From the IMG/VR virus record IMGVR_UViG_3300027780_000015, positions 1 to 58,642 of that record: a DNA stretch of 58,642 bases; one strand, written 5' to 3'. The position numbers and the translations under genes are program-made. The stretch is from a virus (Duplodnaviria > Caudoviricetes). Shown here in pieces: positions 56,332 to 58,642 of the stretch. The notes under the pieces are model-generated. The model had not been told where the DNA came from. It worked only from the letters and a program-made list of their open reading frames with translations, and made no database searches. Position 1 is the first letter of the stretch. Each line of letters starts with the position of its first letter.

Positions 56332-56456
56332 TAATAACTCAAACAATAAATAATACAGTAGTCGATATGACTCATGTAATAAATCTTCAAAGTGAAGGAA
56401 TACTAACAAGACAAGATGTCTTAGGTATTATAGAAACTAATAAACAATGTATATAA
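56328..56456 (+). CDS. early small protein (42 aa, MIITQTINNTVVD...)
   Basis: Manually translated; ATGA overlap. Confidence 0.5.
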   Translation: MIITQTINNTVVDMTHVINLQSEGILTRQDVLGIIETNKQCI

Positions 56457-56457
56457 T

Positions 56458-56757
56458 ATGAAATTAATTAAGATAACTAACAAAGGATCTCTTCACTTCA
56501 GATTAACTGATGGTAGATTAGGTGTGTGTTACGAGAGTGGATATGTCAGAGTTCAAACAAAAGGAAGAAATATGTATCATGGTAAATTTACTATGTATCA
56601 AATTAACAAACTAACTAAAGTAATAACTAAGTCATCATACTTCTACAAAAGAGATATAATAACTAACTGTGTCGACAGAGTACAACACTTACTTAACTTC
56701 GATAACAATAACTGTCAACCAAAACCTTATCAATATAATACTACATATGGTAGATAA
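56458..56757 (+). CDS. early hypothetical protein
   Basis: 99-aa ORF packed in the operon. Confidence 0.65.
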   Translation: MKLIKITNKGSLHFRLTDGRLGVCYESGYVRVQTKGRNMYHGKFTMYQINKLTKVITKSSYFYKRDIITNCVDRVQHLLNFDNNNCQPKPYQYNTTYGR

Positions 56758-56872
56758 GAAAAGAACTCGTAAGGTAATACTTAAACTAACTAAACAACAA
56801 CTAGAGATGGTAGAAGATCAGTACTGGAAGAGGTATAATAATTACAAACAAAACCAAATGTTATATCGATAG
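56747..56872 (+). CDS. early small basic protein (MVDKKRTRK...)
   Basis: Likely start ATG 56747 overlapping the upstream stop. Confidence 0.45.
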   Translation: MVDKKRTRKVILKLTKQQLEMVEDQYWKRYNNYKQNQMLYR

Positions 56873-56874
56873 TA
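56842..56874 (+). promoter_or_regulatory. putative early promoter TTACAAACAAA-N15-GATAGTA
   Basis: Repeat copy 3. Confidence 0.65.
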
Positions 56875-56899
56875 TAAATGTAAACAATAAATAATAATT

Positions 56900-57097
56900 A
56901 TGTCAAAAATGAAACAAATCGATGAACTAACAGATAAACTAGTTCCTCAAATCTTACACAAAATATATAAAATAGTCGATCATGAGATGGAGTATAGTGA
57001 TATTGATTTCGAACCAGATGGTTCAGAGTGTGTAAGAGATTATCAAGAAGCTCACGATTATATCATGACTCAACTATTAAATAAACTATTAAGATGA
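56900..57097 (+). CDS. early hypothetical protein
   Basis: ORF behind the promoter motif. Confidence 0.65.
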   Translation: MSKMKQIDELTDKLVPQILHKIYKIVDHEMEYSDIDFEPDGSECVRDYQEAHDYIMTQLLNKLLR

Positions 57098-57300
57098 AAA
57101 TAACTAAACATAAATCACAAGAATTATATACTTGTCGTGTTGATAACAGATCATATACTAGCCCAGATTACAGTAGTGTAATGAAATGGCGTGATGATAA
57201 TGTAGAAAATGCAGAGTATTACAAAGAAGTTAAAGTACTACATGATAAAGCAATGCAACAAATGTATGACACTAACCCAACTAATTACACAGGAGATTAA
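57094..57300 (+). CDS. early hypothetical protein
   Basis: ATGA overlap. Confidence 0.6.
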   Translation: MKITKHKSQELYTCRVDNRSYTSPDYSSVMKWRDDNVENAEYYKEVKVLHDKAMQQMYDTNPTNYTGD

Positions 57301-57316
57301 CAATTAAATTAAATAT

Positions 57317-57505
57317 ATGAAAAAAGTAAAAACAACTGTACTAGTATTACTAGTAGCGACCTCATCTTATCTAATCGGTAATGACACAGGTAAACAACAA
57401 AAAGTAGATGAAATCCAAAACAAGTTAACAGAAGTTAATATGGAATGGTATAATTGGCAAGATGTAGAAAACATCGTTAACTCAAAAACTATAAATGGTT
57501 ACTAG
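57317..57505 (+). CDS. early protein with N-terminal signal/TM helix
   Basis: MKKVKTTVLVLLVATSSYLIG. Confidence 0.6.
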   Translation: MKKVKTTVLVLLVATSSYLIGNDTGKQQKVDEIQNKLTEVNMEWYNWQDVENIVNSKTINGY

Positions 57506-57788
57506 TTTAACTATCGCCTTAGCGATATCCTTAACAGGACAGGTTGAAACTAAACTATGTAATTTAAAATGTACAGGTCATACTAAAGAAGTAATAAGAG
57601 AGAAATCTTTAGATATTACAGAAGACTCTAGATATAGAGACGGTATTGAAAGCGGTTCTATACTATTATGTAATGGTGAAGCCCAAGGATTTACTAACCA
57701 TAATACAGGAGATAGAGTTTGTGATGGTACTAACCATGAGGAATGGAAGAAATATGGTAAAATAGGCGAATGCTATGTCTGTTACTAA
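57495..57788 (+). CDS. Cys-rich, possibly exported early protein
   Basis: Hydrophobic N-terminus, six Cys, C-terminal CxxC. Confidence 0.55.
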   Translation: MVTSLTIALAISLTGQVETKLCNLKCTGHTKEVIREKSLDITEDSRYRDGIESGSILLCNGEAQGFTNHNTGDRVCDGTNHEEWKKYGKIGECYVCY

Positions 57789-58002
57789 ACTAGAAACACT
57801 AGCAATAGTAGGCATAATGATATTTTTATGTCTACTAAGTTATAAGTTAGGCCAAGGTGATCCAGTTATAACTGAGAAGATTATTGAAGTCAAAGTATAT
57901 GACAAAGGTTTTTGTGTATCTTGTTATAAAGAACATAACTGGGATGAGATGTATGTTCTAATGAATAAGAATTTACAAACAAACGATACAATAAATCGAT
58001 AA
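57775..58002 (+). CDS. early membrane-anchored protein with CxxC
   Basis: TM LAIVGIMIFLCLLSY, CVSC. Confidence 0.55.
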   Translation: MSVTKLETLAIVGIMIFLCLLSYKLGQGDPVITEKIIEVKVYDKGFCVSCYKEHNWDEMYVLMNKNLQTNDTINR

Positions 58003-58004
58003 TA
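57973..58004 (+). promoter_or_regulatory. putative early promoter TTACAAACAAA-N14-GATAATA
   Basis: Repeat copy 4. Confidence 0.65.
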
Positions 58005-58019
58005 TAATAAACAAACAAT

Positions 58020-58208
58020 ATGAAATGTAAATGTACAAATGTAATTCCTGAAGGCAGATTAGTCTTAGGTTACCGTAACTGTGTCGAGTGTAGCACAACA
58101 GAGCTTTATAGCTATATTCCTATCATCGAGCACAAAACAGGTAATACTATTCAAATCGTATCTCAGTCATTATCCGCTGCTGTACACAAAGCATGGAGAC
58201 GTAAATAA
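58020..58208 (+). CDS. DksA/TraR-type C4 zinc-finger protein
   Basis: CKCTNVIPEGRLVLGYRNCVECS matches C..C...IP..RL......C..C. Confidence 0.6.
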   Translation: MKCKCTNVIPEGRLVLGYRNCVECSTTELYSYIPIIEHKTGNTIQIVSQSLSAAVHKAWRRK

Positions 58209-58214
58209 TAAAAT

Positions 58215-58394
58215 ATGCAAAGAATTAAATTCACATCAAAAACTACCGCTAAAACTAGCGAAGGACTAAAGTATAAAGGTTATGCAGTCGGCGAATTACC
58301 ACCATCGTTCGCATTTATATACAATGAGAACAAAGAATCTCACGGAATCACTGAATGGTTTAACTATAAAGGACTAACATGGATAGCGGAGTAG
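58215..58394 (+). CDS. early small protein (59 aa, MQRIKFTSKTT...WFNYKGLTWIAE), not in ORF track
   Basis: Manually translated. Confidence 0.65.
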   Translation: MQRIKFTSKTTAKTSEGLKYKGYAVGELPPSFAFIYNENKESHGITEWFNYKGLTWIAE

Positions 58395-58528
58395 AAAAAG
58401 AAGCTTGTTATTTAATAGACGAGATAGAAAGAACGTTAGATCGTATACATAACTATAATGATTTCACAGAAGAAGAATTTAAGTCCATTAGAGATATGGC
58501 AATTATAATGCTCCGAGAATGGAGTTAG
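58379..58528 (+). CDS. early small acidic protein (49 aa, MDSGVEKEACY...), not in ORF track
   Basis: Manually translated; overlaps the upstream stop. Confidence 0.5.
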   Translation: MDSGVEKEACYLIDEIERTLDRIHNYNDFTEEEFKSIRDMAIIMLREWS

Positions 58529-58619
58529 CTAGACGAGTAGGTTAATTAGGATTTAGGTGGGCGAATGCCGTAAAGATACCACGATAAATGGTACCTAATC
58601 ACATAACTAAATTGCTAGC
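58528..58619 (+). ncRNA. candidate structured RNA (nested rod-like hairpin)
   Basis: Nested pairs GCTAG/CTAGC, GTTA/TAAC, ATTAGG/CCTAAT, ATTTA/TAAAT, GTGG/CCAC. Confidence 0.4.
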
Positions 58620-58642
58620 ACATGTTGGTCGACCACTTGAAG

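Noticed and set aside
1-58642. Stop-codon reassignment as seen in some crAss-like phages
   Set aside because: Genes are full length and densely packed under the standard code, TAG and TGA terminate genes at plausible positions, and no suppressor tRNA was seen.

Overview
This window is most of a lytic, podovirus-type tailed phage genome. The gene content and AT-rich, SD-less leaders point to a marine Flavobacteriia/Bacteroidota host, and the head-tail module has a crAss-/Cellulophaga-phage-like layout (inferred, not database-confirmed). Layout: (i) 1-6.2 kb, + strand: end of the replication/nucleotide block, with primase-helicase C-terminus, a dCMP-hydroxymethylase-like thymidylate-synthase homologue, MazG-type pyrophosphatases, T7-type endonuclease I and nrdB/nrdA. 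(ii) 6.3-55.1 kb, - strand: late block with tail fibres, a nucleotidyltransferase, GroEL/GroES, two clusters of small low-complexity proteins, holin, terminase, portal, scaffold, major capsid, tail ring/tube proteins, internal virion proteins including a 2711-aa giant, and an M15 endolysin cassette. (iii) 55.4-58.6 kb, + strand: small early genes behind a repeated bipartite promoter-like motif. Most notable observations: (1) About 12 small late proteins in two clusters share a repeated S-P-[L/F/A/I/V] tag (SPAKMVSPL, MSSPFQKSF, KTSPLRQ) or an MGFK start. Some begin with an identical 35-bp DNA cassette head, and a small HEXXH protease sits inside the cluster, suggesting a tag-directed virion-cargo/peptide-processing system. 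(2) A 41-nt tRNA 'top-half' mimic (7-bp acceptor stem plus canonical T-arm, no anticodon arm) lies in the early region. (3) A compact T4-like cytosine-modification module is present. All functional calls are from motif recognition by eye; no searches were run.
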